From: Eledone cirrhosa
Lineage: Eukaryota
Direction of reading: 5' to 3'
DNA length: 64,000 bases
NCBI GenBank assembly: GCA_964016885.1
Contig: OZ024743.1
Location: forward strand, 119,350,001 to 119,414,000
The notes under the pieces: model-generated
Told to the model about the DNA's origin: nothing
The model's database searches: none
Seen by the model: the letters and a program-made list of their open reading frames with translations, nothing else
Shown here: positions 28,146 through 42,816 of the stretch, piece by piece
Numbering within the stretch: the first letter of the stretch is position 1
Layout of the letters: each line of letters begins with the position of its first letter
Made by a program: the position numbers and the translations under genes

Positions 28146-28457
28146 AGAGAGCGAGAGCGACAGAGAGGGAGAGAAAGAGAAAGAGAGAGAGTGACAAAGA
28201 ATGAGAGAGATAGTTATACATCAATGCCAGTGGTGGTGGAGGTGGTGGTGAATTGCGAATTGTGTATTGAGTCTAGACGTATAAAGGTCTTACAGCAAGT
28301 GAACAATTAGGACACCAATACAAGTTCCCTTGTTAATATCTACATCTTATGTTGATAATCATAGTATAAAGTTCTATGTATGCATTGCTCTACCGCTATT
28401 CCTCTTTCTCTTTCTGTCTCTCACTCTCTATCTCTCTCTCTCTCTTTCTCTCTCTCC

Positions 28458-28526
<69 letters not shown>

Positions 28527-28561
28527 CATGTATATACCTATGTATATACCTATGTATATAA

Positions 28562-28642
<81 letters not shown>

Positions 28643-28886
28643 CACGTTTGTGAAAGTGTTTGTATGAATGTATTTATGTAAGTGTCGAAATTTATTCTAA
28701 ACTACATTTTTACATATAGATGTGTGTATGAATTGAATATTTTTATATACCTCAGCATTAACATAACTAATAAGTCATGCGTAAATTTACAAACACCAAA
28801 ACATTGTAAAATGCTTTTTGTATATCCGATGGATAAATGTATATACAATTTACGATTTCTACATGTGCATAATGGTATCTCTCTCA

Positions 28887-28930
<44 letters not shown>

Positions 28931-28936
<6 letters not shown>

Positions 28937-29086
28937 GGAAAAAATGAAACGAAATTTCATTTCTCACTCTTAGTACGGCTGTTACTTAAATATAAGTATG
29001 TATACGTACATAGATATATGTATACAGACGCACAGTAGTATGTATATATATATATACATGCACACATATATATATATGTGTGCATG

Positions 29087-29118
<32 letters not shown>

Positions 29119-29160
29119 CGTGTGTATACATATATGTATGTACGTATACATACTTATATA
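28931..29160. repeat. Unclassified dispersed repeat (reverse complement at 43140-43230)
   Basis: ATAAACGGAAAAAATGAAACGAAATTTCATTTCTCACTCTTAGT...GGCTGTTACTTAAATATAAGTATG matches the minus strand of 43140-43230. Confidence 0.65.
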
Positions 29161-29172
29161 TATATATATATA

Positions 29173-29538
29173 TATAAAGAAAAAGGGATGAAATCGAAAA
29201 TGCAACTGAAGTCTTATTTTTTTTAAAAATATATATATTTATTTGGTTCCTTTACCGGTTTCGCAGTTCTTCTGCTTTTCAAGAGGTGAGTTGAGATGGA
29301 GGGTCTGTGGTTTTTCTCACATTTTTCTCACAGATGTGAGAAAAACCACAGACCCTCCATCTCAACCCACCTCTTGAAAAGCAGAAGAACTGCGAAACCG
29401 GTAAAGGAACCAAATAAATATATATATTTTTAAAAAAAATAAGACTTCAGTTGCATTTTCGATTTCATCCCTTTTTCTTTATACTTCCTCTCGTGTAGGA
29501 CACCTCGGTTATTTTTCATTTTGTAAAAAAAACCTCAC

Positions 29539-29545
<7 letters not shown>
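29173..29545. mobile_element. PLE-derived fold-back with variant hammerheads in both arms (copies at 41987-42125 and 48738-49060)
   Basis: Near-perfect ~150-bp arms 29173-29322 and 29333-29483; core TTGAAAA-GCAG-AAGAA-CTGC-GAAA-CCGG-TA at 29374-29403; tail 29484-29545. Confidence 0.85.
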
Positions 29546-29579
<34 letters not shown>

Positions 29580-29581
<2 letters not shown>

Positions 29582-29846
29582 TTTAAATGGCGTAGACATT
29601 ACAATACAACAGGAGAAAACATACTGGTACCACTGATGATGTCACAAGTGCGAGACGAAAGAACTTTGATAGACTATATATATATATATTTTTTTTTTTA
29701 ACCGTTGGTCAATTAATGATAAATATTGATTGTTAGATAAATTAACTATAGAGATATAAAAGATACAGAAGTGAAAACCAAGCCAAACCAAACAGCGAGT
29801 GTGTTTTATTATTATTTATGGCAATATTATAAAAATATGACCTTCC

Positions 29847-29850
<4 letters not shown>
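29580..29850 (+). mobile_element. 3'-end fragment related to the Nematis-like PLE, with a hammerhead (29629-29670)
   Basis: CTGATGA-TGTCACAAGTGCGAGAC-GAAA-GAACTTTGAT and terminal ATATGACCTTCCC are shared with 37799-38043 (minus). Confidence 0.7.
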
Positions 29851-29929
<79 letters not shown>

Positions 29930-30408
29930 TGTGTCTGTGTAACAGACGTTTTCAACTATTCTTTATATTCATCAATTATTATGGTTGGGACGCAGAAAAT
30001 TGAATCTCATACCCGCAGCCACACACACACACACATTCAAATCCAAAACTTTCATTTCATTGGTTAGAGTAAATTTGCTACTCCAACCATAAATTTCAGT
30101 ACCACCACTCCACATAAATTCCTCAATTTAAGAATGACCTGTAGTATCTATTTCATACTATTAACCTTAATTGAATATATATCTGACCAAGAATGCCTTT
30201 TGTGAAAATCAGTCATATGGAACTATTGTCATCTTGCCTGCCTCTTTGCGGTCAAATACCAACCCTACTACCATCTACAAACTGACCAATGAGAATCAAG
30301 ACTATTCCTGCTGACAACATTAAATTATTCCTAACAAGCTCATATGTCCCAAGGATCTGATACCATCAACACTATAAACACAGAGCTGGCATATCTAAGA
30401 GCTGACTA

Positions 30409-30464
30409 ACTGCCTGATGAGGTCATAGCCATTCAATGGCTATCATCGAAATATATATAGCAGT
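30409..30464 (+). ncRNA. Type I minimal hammerhead ribozyme in a PLE 3'-end fragment (~30060-30598, family F)
   Basis: ACTGC-CTGATGA-[ATAGCCAT/ATGGCTAT stem II]-GAAA-TATATA-TA-GCAGT, then AATAAA. Confidence 0.85.
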
Positions 30465-30595
30465 AAATAAAGGATTATGAGTTCATGCAATTGACTTATG
30501 TTTCGTCACTATTATAACTCCGGAACTTATATCTTCGTTGAGTGCTCCCTACCCGCATACTGAAGTACTGGATTTTACCAACACTTACTTTCTTG

Positions 30596-30660
<65 letters not shown>

Positions 30661-30666
<6 letters not shown>

Positions 30667-31114
30667 GAGATAAGCTGAGCAAGTAAGATTCAAACAATTT
30701 TTTTAAATAAACAAAAAAATATAATTTAAATATTTACCTATTCCACTTGCTTTTACCGACGGTTTCACCTTACAAAAGATTGGATGTCCTAGGGACCTCC
30801 AATGGAAAAAGAGGATCATCAGAGAGCATTTTCTAGGTAAGTAAAATGCTGTCTAATGATCCGAATATTTCGGATCCCTAGGACCTCCAATCTTTTGTAA
30901 GGTGAAACCGTCGGTAAAAGCAAGTGGAATAGGTAAATATTTAAATTATATTTTTTAATTTATTTTAAAAAATTGTTTGATTCTTACTTGCTCCGCTTAT
31001 CTCAATTTTATAGTTCTGGTATGTCAAATGAATACCATGGAACAACCACTGTATCATAGACACCCTATATATTTCCAGGGCTACTTAGTACCTGTGGGGA
31101 TATTAATCTCCTTT
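30661..31114. mobile_element. PLE-derived fold-back with hammerheads in both arms
   Basis: Arms ~30665-30831 and ~30843-31006. Minus 30749-30827 reads GCTCT-CTGATGA-long stem II-GAAA-CCGTCGG-TA-AAAGC; the plus arm has CTAATGA. Tail to 31114. Confidence 0.8.
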
Positions 31115-31929
<815 letters not shown>

Positions 31930-32275
31930 AGCAAGCAACCAAAATGTACAGGAATACATAAAACGTCATGAGAATATTATTTCGTGCATGAAATTATTTA
32001 ATATAAGTTTATGAATCTCGATTGCTAAAAGATGAAAATTATAAAAAGTTTTGAAACAGTTATTAAAAAAGATCTCTTTTTTTTGGTCAAAAAATCAAAA
32101 TGAAACTTACCTTCTTGATACATTTCATATGCATTCATACTCCAGATCCGTTCAACTTTCAAAGTTTTTCCCACAAAAAATTGTAATCGTTGATGTATTA
32201 AAATTAATCAAATAAATATTAGATGAAATCCAATAAATCTGTGATAAATTTGCAGTCAGCGATATTCTTTTTTTT

Positions 32276-32307
<32 letters not shown>

Positions 32308-33071
32308 TGTATGTATGTATGTATGTATGTATGTATGTATGTATGTACGTATGCATGTATGTACGTACGTATGTATATACGTATGTATGTATGTATGTAT
32401 TTCTGTGTATTTATGCACACCTTAGTTATATTATAAGATTATTGATTTCTTGTCAATTCCACAGACGTATTTGATGGGATTTTGTAATCAATCTGTATAT
32501 TTAGTGTAATATAAAAACACGGATGATATTTCGTTTTTATAATATATCCTTATGCATTAATAATTTTCTGAAAATAGGCATTATTCTTATTATCGATGTA
32601 CATTTTCGTAATCTTTTTATTTCATTTTCATTTAAGAGATATCACAAATTTGTTGATTATGGTAAAAATCCTTCTGCAAAGATGGACGTCTGCTCATTCG
32701 AAATGCCTTTTTTAGCCAATGTATGAATCATAAACATACACGTATATAGGATAAAACCTCTGATATGATATCAATTATTTCATTTCTCATTTATTCGTGT
32801 GTGAATGCATATAGAAGAAATGATATTGTATTCGTTATATAAACGAACATAAAAAATAGAAATCCCCATCCGAAGCATTAAATATCATGTAACAAAATGC
32901 AGGAAGGCGATATTGATATTCATATTTGCTTATAATATGCAGATGAGTATAGTGAATAGGTACCTAAGGAATACATTGATGTTAAAAAAAAACAACTCAA
33001 ATACACAACCAACCACAAATTGTTTCAATCTGAGGAGGCTGAATTATATATATATGTATATATATATATCA

Positions 33072-33189
<118 letters not shown>

Positions 33190-33668
33190 ATATATATCAA
33201 TATATATATATATATATATATGTAAACAACTTCAATCGGTAATCATAAATAAGTAATAATCCAGTGTGGTGATAAATCCATTAAGTGAAGGCTATGAATT
33301 TCCGATAATCCACTTTAAAATGTTTTAATTCCTGTATTTTTGGTGGGACGCCTCTTTTTTGCAAGCAGTTTTCCTTTTGGTTAGTGAGTTGCTTAAATTA
33401 TCTATCCTGAAAAATAACGAGAATCGAAATTTCAATATATCATAACCATGAGCGTAAGAGCATTATATTTTTTCTTTGTTTTAAAAGATGAATTCTTCGA
33501 AGAAGGTATTAAAACATGAATTATACGTTGAATAAACACAACAAACTCTAAAACATAAATCATTTTATCAAATTGTTACCTCCATTATTAAGAAATTAAT
33601 ACATTTGATATTATTTTGGGGTATATATTTCCTGAAATATCCTACAAGCTTGTGCTAATATACATGCA

Positions 33669-34671
33669 CTGGCATTAAAGAACGGCGTTGCTCGGGGTCA
33701 GTAAGTTACTAAAGTTAGGTTGCACCACCCATTTTATGGCAGCACTTTTTTGTCTGCCAGGCACTGGGTGAATGAATTGCAGACCTGGACTGCCGAAGCA
33801 GGAACTGCGCCAGCAGTGACAATTGTAGTTTTACCTATGGATATTATCTCTGTGCAAAGAAGTGTTGAAATTTATTGTTTCACAGTACTTGCGCAACACG
33901 CGCGTAGACGATGCCAGCCGAACAACAGAGCGGCGATGGAGTTGTTCTACATGGTTGTCTAATGTGTGTTTTCTAAATTTAAGACAGTAGGGAGGGGTGT
34001 GATATGGGGGAGAGTTAGCTGGTGTTTTTAGCAGGTTTAGTGACCTCATAGAGGATATGTGTTTTCCAAATTTAAGACAGTAGGGAGTGGTGTGATATGG
34101 GGGAGAGTTAGCTGCTGTTTCTAGCAGGTTTAGTCACCTCATAGAGGATATTATTGTGTATAGTAAATAAACTGATACTTCTTTCTTCCACGTTCGTTGA
34201 GAGGTTTGAAAAAAGATTTATCGCTATTTTTTTTGTTGTTGAATAAATTTATCTGTTGCTTTTGAATAATTGTTGTTTCGTATGAAATGTAATAAGTTCT
34301 CTTTGTCATTGAAGTAAATAAATGTTTGACCGTTCCACACTCAAAAACAAACGTTCTCTCTCTATATCCCCCTTACTCTCTTCTCTCTCTCTTCGGCGTT
34401 CTTAAAGGAAGTTTGTAAGCATGTATGTAGTTTTATCGAATTTTAAGGGGAGTAGAGAGAGGGGTAAAGCGTCATGTATTTAGTTTTATCGATTATTTCC
34501 GTAATTGTTGGTGAGTTTGAATGAAATAAATAGTCGTTTAGCTAAGTTAGATCATTTACAACCTTCTTACAGACTTTGAGTCGAATTGGTTTGAAATTGT
34601 GCAAATGTATAAACATGGAACATGCATTCACACACACACAACAATAACAATCTGCCTTTTATAGATAATGA
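33669..34671 (-). mobile_element. Putative non-autonomous Helitron containing LINE-like 3' sequence and a ~96-bp tandem duplication (33962-34150)
   Basis: The minus strand starts A|TC ATTATCTATAAAAGG and ends with a CCGAGCAACGCCG hairpin and CCAG|T (eroded CTAG). Confidence 0.5.
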
Positions 34672-34849
34672 TACACACAATATACATGGATGGAGAAAGA
34701 CAGACAAACAGAATGACAGGCGGATTGTATTTATTTTCAATAATATTCTAAACGCAAAACTATCTCTGTATCTCTCTCTCTCTCTCTTCTCCCCTCTCTC
34801 TCTTTCCCAATCTCTCTCTCTTAAATAGATCTGCCAGAATACTTTATTT

Positions 34850-36185
34850 GCTGCACCACCTGTCGGGTTGTCGGCGACTAAAACCGGCATCCCCATCAAG
34901 CTAGCTTGGTGAGGAGGGTGATATCTGGACACCCTGCGGAATGAAAGAGAAAACCCGTCAAAAGGCCGTAGGAACTCACGAGAGTCAACAGCCATCCAAT
35001 AAAGTATTTTTGGTGGAAAGAGAGACTACTAGTCTTCATTAAGACATCTCTCTAGGAGAAGTTCACACTGATATAAAACCTGCGACTTGGTTTGCATCCA
35101 ATGATGTAGACCAGTTCCTCTTTTTGGGCGAATGGATTCTATGTTCAGAGAGTGGGGTTGATCCCATACAACGCCTTTCCTCACTTAAAAAAAGCTTGAA
35201 GCACAACCATTGCTTGATATGTGATGCATGGTATTGCTGGCCATAGGCAAGTCCCTAGCAGGACTAAAAAGACACGTCCGTAGTGCTCATGCTTAAGTAT
35301 CAAGCGATGACGTTACTCGAAATCGAGTTGCAGCCAACATGTATGAAGTGTCAGGTCACTCTCGAGTGCTACTGGTAACATGTAACCCAGTACAATCTGT
35401 CTCAGGGTCGTCGGCGACTAAACAGGCAACCCCACCAAGGTAACTTGGTGAGGAGGGTGATATTTGGATACACTGCGGGATGAAACACAAGACCCGGCAA
35501 AGGACGGAGGAACTCAGCAGAGTCAACGGTCATCCAAATAGTACTTTTTTTCAGCTGTTGTCACAACACGTTTCTAGGAGAGGAAAACTCCGAAAAAAAC
35601 TTGCGGCTTCAGAATCATCCGATGATGTTGACCAGTTCTCCTTTTCGGGTTGTGTTTTCGATGTTCAGAGAGTGGTATTGGTCGAGTACCAGGCGTTTCG
35701 CCACTTAAAAACTTTCAAAGCACAGGCATTGCTTGTTCAGTATATGTTACAGATTCGTGTGGCTGGCCGTAGCCTAACAGTGCACTAAACTCTATAATCT
35801 GACAAGCGATTGCAATACTCTTAACAGAGTTTGCAGCCGCCATGTATGTATGTATGTATGTATTATGTCAGGTCACCAGTTGATGCTACTGGTAACATGT
35901 ATCCCAGTACAACCTGTCTCATGGTCGGGTCGTTGGCGACTAAACTGGCAACCCCACCAAGGTTTCTTGGTGAGGAGGGTGACTTTGGACATCCTGCAGG
36001 ACTAAAATCAAAACCTGTCAAAGGGCAAAGGAGCTCTTAAGAGTCAATGGCCATCCAAAATCACCGGGAGAGATGACCCCTTAGCCTTTGTCAAGGCAGA
36101 ATTCTAGGAGAAGGAAAACTCTGATATAACACCTGCAACCCTGATGGTATCCAATGATGTTGACTTGTTCTTCTTTTTGGTAAAT
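34850..36185 (+). mobile_element. Three head-to-tail RTE-derived non-autonomous units (~500 bp) with (ATGT)n tails
   Basis: Units ~34850-35347, 35349-35866 and 35867-36185 share GGCGACTAAA...TTGGTGAGGAGGGTGA...TCTAGGAGAAGGAAAACTCTGA. Unit 1 ends in KSLAGLKRHVRSAHA* and then ATGT repeats. Confidence 0.7.
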
Positions 36186-36186
36186 A

Positions 36187-36525
36187 TCATCCCGGCGCGC
36201 CGCCCTGCCCGAACAGTTGAGAAAAGTGCCGCTGAAAGGCCACGCACATCTGCTTCGGGTCACGTATCACGCGTCCGTCTTGGTCCTTCAAAGACCGAAT
36301 CGTGGACTTTTCGCCTCCGTCACTCGGGCCCAGCTAACAGCTTTGGCTCCCTCGTTTCCCAGAGCACGTATTTTGCTTCTGACAACGCAGCCTTCATGCT
36401 TTGCATCGAAGGACTGGTCCAAGGCCGTTCTCGTCGCTAGTACGCTGGCTACCTTGCCACTCCTAAGTGCCTCTTCTACTTTATCTACCAGTTCCTTTTC
36501 GGTCTTATTTTTATCTAACAGTGTT
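36187..36525 (-). pseudogene. L1/Tx1-clade LINE ORF2 fragment (EN-RT linker)
   Basis: Manual translation ...KHEGCVVRSKIRALGNEGAK..., then frameshifted TIRSLKDQDGRVIRDPKQMCVAFQRHFSQLFG, typical of the L1/Tx1 linker; GC-rich. Confidence 0.65.
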
Positions 36526-37184
36526 AGATAGATAGATAGATAAATAGAGAGAGAGAGAGAGCGCGAGAGAGAGAGAGGGAGAAAGAGAGAGAATGAAATA
36601 GAAGAGGGAGAGGGAGGACACTAACATATATCTAGCATACAAACTCAGTTGTTGAGGAAGTGTGGTTTGTGAACATCAGAAATATGGTAACAACTAACAC
36701 TTGAAAAGAGAACTCTAGATATATAAGACATTTTGTAAGACAGTTTATTGTTATTTGTTATGCAAACTCTATTACATCACTTCTGCTTCAGTTCCATTGG
36801 GACACTTCATTTTTCAAGGGAAAATGTCGCCCACTATCTTAGAAGAGAATTATAAAGCTATTCATTATTACATAATATACATATACACTCACATACACAG
36901 CCACACATGCAAACACATAATGACATACACATGCAAACACATAATGACATACACAGTCATACACAAAGGTATGCACAGAGACACAAATATACAAATACCC
37001 ACTCACCGATAAACACATATATCTATAATTACATATTTTGAGTTTGCAAATAATACAGTGAGAGAATGAGAGTTTGTATTCTGAGCTAAATATATATGTA
37101 AGCACGTATATATGTGTATGAATATGTGCCACAATGCATGTATATTTTTACACACACACACACGCATGTTTTATATATATATAT

Positions 37185-37669
37185 ATACGATGATATTAAA
37201 TAAATGGAAACTATATTTATAAAACCATATTTATTCTATTATATATATTTCAAGGGTACCAAGACACATTGGTACACTTTCATCAGATAAAATACCAAGT
37301 TTTGTTTTATAAATCATACCTTATCGGTTGGAAATTCACTGGTTAGTGGAAATATATTAGGGATTTTTCAAACTTAGGTGTGAATATGCAAATGAATATG
37401 TAAATAATTGAAAAACAACCGTTTATTTAAACTAGTATGGAGAGAGAGAGAGAGAAGAGAAGAAATAGGATGAGAGGATAAAATAGTGCTAGAGAGAGAA
37501 GAAAGAAACAAGACAAGATAAATAATACTCATATAACGTTAATTTGAGGGAAATATATATATATTATTTAATATCATCGAATATTTACTCCAGTAAACTG
37601 TTGAGTGCTCTAAATCAGTTATAAACATTTATATTTGTCGGACTTCCAACAAATTAAATACTCCTTATA

Positions 37670-37672
<3 letters not shown>
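37185..37672. mobile_element. PLE-derived insert (family G) with a hammerhead (37234-37292, minus), a short inverted arm and a tail
   Basis: Minus: TTTTAT-CTGATGA-AAGTGTACCAA...TTGGTACCCTT-GAAA-TATATA-TA-ATAGAA; 37187-37203 is inverted at 37564-37580. Confidence 0.8.
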
Positions 37673-37752
<80 letters not shown>

Positions 37753-37798
37753 ATATATGTATATATGTATATATATATATATTTTATATATATATATA

Positions 37799-40213
37799 TT
37801 GTTATACTTGGGGAGGGTCATATTTGTGTAATATTGCCAGAATTAATAACAGAACACACTCACTGTTTGGTTGGTTTTCGCTTTTCGCTTCTGTGTCTTT
37901 TATATCGGTAATTTAATTTATTCGGTCCTCAATGTTGCCATTGACTGACCAACAGTCAAAAACACAGATACAATATAGACACAAACACATATATATAGTT
38001 TATCAAAGTTCTTTCGTTGCACATTTGCAACATCGTCAGTGGTGCTATTGTTTCCCCCCGTTGCATTGTATTTTTTACGCCATCTTTATTTAGTCTGTTT
38101 ATATATTTATTTATTTGTTTTGTTTTTTTTGTCTTCTTTGCGCATGCGTTTGCGTGTATGTATAGTGTTTTGTTTGATGTGTGTTCGTGATTGGGTGACT
38201 GTGTATTGGTTAATGTATTCTATCTTTACTAGTGTGTGTTTATATGTGTTTGTTGTTATTGTGCTTGTGTATGTATTTATTTATTTATTTATACTTCTCT
38301 TAGGTCAGTATTGTTTGTTTGGGTGTTGTTGTTATTCCATTCATTTTTTCTCTTTAACCTTGGCCTTCTAAGTTCTATTTCGCTGGCCTCTCTGATTTAC
38401 CTATCTGCTGGGTCATTTCTATGTTTAGATATTATTCTAATTTCTATGTTGTCTATGTTACCGTCGTGTTGTTGTCTGGCATGTCGTATAGTACTGAACC
38501 GTTTTTTCGTCCTTTTAGTTCCCCCCAGTGTTGGTCTATCCTTTCACCTATGCTACGAGCTGTCTCGCCTATGTATGTTGTCATGTTTCTGCAAGTACGC
38601 TCTGTACATATTATGCTATAGACTACGTTTCTAGTTTTACAGTTTATCCGGGGGTTTACCTTACATATAATACATTTCCTATTAGTACAGTGGGTTTTCT
38701 TAAAAGGGTAGGTTTTGCTGATCAGGGATTTTATGGTGGTTCCTGGCTTTTCTACCACCTTAATCTTTAAGTGGGTCTTTCTCAGGGTCTTTCTCCACTG
38801 GTTAGCTAATTTCCCTCCAGGGGTAGCGTCCACAAACATGACACTCTGGTATCTCTGGTTATCGTACCATGAGGTGGCTTTCCCTATCTTATGTCTGGCC
38901 CTATCTAAGCTATTCCATGATTTGCTCCTGTATAATGGGCAAATTCCTTTCATGTCCAGTTCTATGAGGGTCTTACACTTCTCCGTGGCTCCTTCGTATA
39001 CTCTGATTCTGTCTCTTTGGTTGTAGCCAGAGAACTGCATGCGGTTGATGAAGTGTTGGATGTGTCTTTCCATTTCTGTTGGGTCGCACATACGGGACAC
39101 GTTCTTCATCACTCGTACCAAGTCTGCGATCAGAATATTAAACATAGCACTACTGGACATTGCTGAGTTTTTGAGTATCAGGTATTTGGAGGCCATGGGT
39201 TTAGCATAGTGTGAGTGGAGAATTTAGGCTCTCTCGTCTATAGTGTTAATCCAGAGTTCCGTGTCTAATACAGGTAGTCTATTGTTAGGGTGTTTGGAAG
39301 GGTAGTCGATAGTTACAGTTATACGCTGGTGTATGGAATTAGCTATCTGCTGGATGCTTTCCATTGTGTTACGTTCTAAATCAAACTTGTTAGTGCTCTC
39401 TTGTGGGGATGTTCTTATAACTATATTGTTATCGTCTACGTAACGAGAGTACATGATGAGGTCTATGGAGCTCTCATTAAGGAGATCTTTAAGTCTCCTT
39501 TCCCACCATACCATAAAAAGGTTGGCAACATCACCAGCTATGCTGACGCCAATGGCTGCTCCCTCATTTTGGGTGTAGATCTTCTCGTTGAACTTGAATA
39601 TGTGGCCCTTTAGGGTACTTTTGATACTAGCCCCTATTGCATGTGCGACCATTTTTCTTACCTGATCATTGTTTTGGGGGGTCCGTATAGCTTTGGTCCA
39701 CCCAATCCACCTTCTCATGGGAGTCTTTTTAGCCATTGAGGTTATGGTGGGAGGTCTACCTCTTATGGGTCTACTGGGGAAGAAACGTCTAAGGTCATGG
39801 CTGTCTAGGTAGTCAGTGTCTAAGTAGGAGGCCCAGTTCGTCTGTGTCGACGTCACAGAACTCCACCTCACTCTCAATGATCATCTCCACATATTTTTCC
39901 ACAGCAAAATCAATGTTAATGGATGGGTACAGTGATACCACATCCATGCTGCCTATTATGCATTTGGATAGGTTCCTGTTTTTGTTGCACTCACTGATTC
40001 TGCTGAGGAGGTCCTCTGTACAGACACATACATCTGGGGACATCTTGATTATGGGGCGTATAACCATTGAGAGGAAGTAGGAGATCCTGTAGTTGCTAGC
40101 TATATTTGCTCCGCATACGGGTCTTGTTGGTGGTCCTGTTGTCGGGTCGTCGACTGTCTTTGCGGAGCCCATACAAGGGTGGTATGCCATTGTTAGACGC
40201 CTGGAAGTTGTTG
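37799..40213 (-). mobile_element. Nematis-like PLE, 5'-truncated, in a microsatellite
   Basis: RT+GIY-YIG coding region, 3' UTR with hammerhead 38002-38043 (CTGACGA...GAAA), TA/TG flanks. Confidence 0.88.
38400..40213 (-). pseudogene. PLE RT plus GIY-YIG ORF, disrupted
   Basis: TRPVCGA, SMDVVSLYPSI, GAAIGVSIAG, RYVDD, LPVLD, YAKPMAS, CTNRKCIIC, VVYSIIC...YIGETARS. Frameshift near 39830, in-frame TAA at 39224-39226, probable frameshift near the C-terminus. Confidence 0.9.
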
Positions 40214-40321
<108 letters not shown>

Positions 40322-40439
40322 CGTGCGTGCATGTATGTATGCGTGTGTATGTCTGGGTATTATATATATATATCATCTATGTGTTTTCCTCCATCATGTT
40401 TCCTTAAACATATTCATTCGCTGATGAACAAAAACGAGA

Positions 40440-40625
40440 ATAATTGTTCCTACTTTTAGGCACAAGGCCAGAAATTACCCAGTGCATTACTGATACTTTA
40501 TTTTATCGACCCCGTAAGGATGAAAGGCAAAGTCAACCTCGGCGGGATTTAAACTCAGATCGTAAAGGGACGTAACTATGCTGGAAAGCATGGCGTCCGA
40601 CCCTCTACCGATACTGCCAATCCAC
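40440..40625 (-). mobile_element. tRNA-derived SINE
   Basis: Reverse complement of the 8932-9125 family. Confidence 0.85.
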
Positions 40626-42131
40626 ATGAAGGCAAAACACATGTATGGCACGTTATAGATTGAAACATTTTAAGCGAGCACATTTGAGCACGTGTCTATC
40701 GCCATATAGAGAAACGAAATAACATAGATGAGAAATTCACCTCAAATTGTTGTGTTCGAATCTTTGACTTGCTGGGTATTGGGAAAGAAACCTTAAGCTT
40801 CTTTTCAGCTAGCATTAAGAAACATCCTCTTAGAATTACTGGAAGGATGTCACGAACTGGAGAATCTAGTTATAGAAAACGTTCTCGAAGCTTCACCCAA
40901 AGAATCACAAACTTGCTCTCTATTCTGATTCATACCGATGTATACTATATAAACTCGAAAACATAGACACCCATTAGTACTCAAACTTCGTGTCACTCGC
41001 ATTTCCGAAGGCTGTGCTGTAAATTATATTATAATCAGCATGTAGCATTCTTTTAAAATATATTTGTTGAAATATTTTTAACACATCTACCAGTACAAAT
41101 TTGGTATTTGTGTCTGAGATAATTTTTGTCATCAGCTATTCGGTGCCCATCAAGTAGGCTGTTCAATGAATAGTGAATTATCAGACTTTGATTCGATATT
41201 TATGGTCGAATTAAAACTGAGAGAATATAAAATTATATATGAATGACAGCCTCTATCACCCTGACTCTGTTTCTGTCTCTGCATGTCTGTCTGTTTCTCC
41301 CTCTCTATGTGTATTTGCTCACACACACACATATGTGTGTGTGTGTGGATGTGTGTAACTTTATTATAGCTATGATTAGATTTCTATTTAACACAGACGC
41401 CACAGCTTCAGGTCCACTATCCCATTATTTTCTTCTTTGTTTCTTTGGTCCTCCTATCTGTGATGTTTGTTTTATCAAATACACACCATACCAATAGAAA
41501 GATTTATTTTCTGATGCACGAACCAGCATTTCAAAATAGTACTCTTGATTAATTCGTGCGAAAGCATTTTGCGGGTTTGAGAGCTGATGAGGGTGAAGAT
41601 GCGTGTGTGTAAGCTTGTCTTGTACATTGCTTGTCTTTGATTTCTTCTCCCAGTCACTTTTATGCGACAACACACTTCTTGTACTCCTCCTCTTTCAATC
41701 TTTTTTATCTTTTCTATATTTCACATGCCTGTCTCTCTGAGACCACTGACCACTCGTCTCTGTCTTCAGAGTCATTTTTGCCCATCGCTGTCTTTGACAG
41801 CATTTAGCTGTTTTAACGCCTGCTCTATCGACGAGTTTTCTCATGTACACGCACACACACACACACATACACACACACACACTAAAAAAAAGTCTGTCTT
41901 AAGCCAGAAGGCTCATTTGGCCGGTGCTTATCCCGGTTTCATGGCGTAAAGCGACTGAGAGTACAAGACTCCCCCCTGGAAAGCGACAGATGTGATAAAA
42001 ACCACAGACCCTACCTTTGAAAAGCAGAAGAACTGCGAAACCGGCAAAGGAACCAAATAAATATATATATATATTTTAAAATAAGATTCCAGTTGTATTT
42101 CAGATTTCATCTTTGTTTCTTATTCTATATA

Positions 42132-42175
<44 letters not shown>

Positions 42176-42200
42176 TATTCATATATATATATTCATATTC

Positions 42201-42252
<52 letters not shown>

Positions 42253-42428
42253 TTTTGAAAACAGCTGGAGATATGCATGTAAGTAAATATTCTCTTTATC
42301 TGATATTTTGTACCTAACCTTACATAGATCAATAACGGAGTATAGCTACAATGTATTATCATCACCTAGAAACGATCGTAAAGCAGTGAAGTATATCTCT
42401 AATGACTTGATTTTTTATTTCATTGTTT

Positions 42429-42470
<42 letters not shown>

Positions 42471-42519
42471 GTATATATATATATATATATTCATATATAT
42501 ATATATTCATACATATATA

Positions 42520-42567
<48 letters not shown>

Positions 42568-42701
42568 TATATATATATATATTCATATATATATATATAT
42601 ATTCATATTCACATATATATATATATATATTCATATTCATATATATTCATATTCATATATATATATATATTCATATTTATATATATATATATATATATTC
42701 A

Positions 42702-42733
<32 letters not shown>

Positions 42734-42781
42734 CATATTCACATATATATATATATATATTCATATTCATATATATTCATA

Positions 42782-42815
<34 letters not shown>

Positions 42816-42816
<1 letters not shown>

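Noticed and set aside
39224-39226. Selenocysteine or readthrough recoding in the PLE ORF, as described for some Naiad PLEs
   Set aside because: The stop is TAA, not TGA, the copy also has frameshifts, and the EN is C-terminal rather than Naiad-type.
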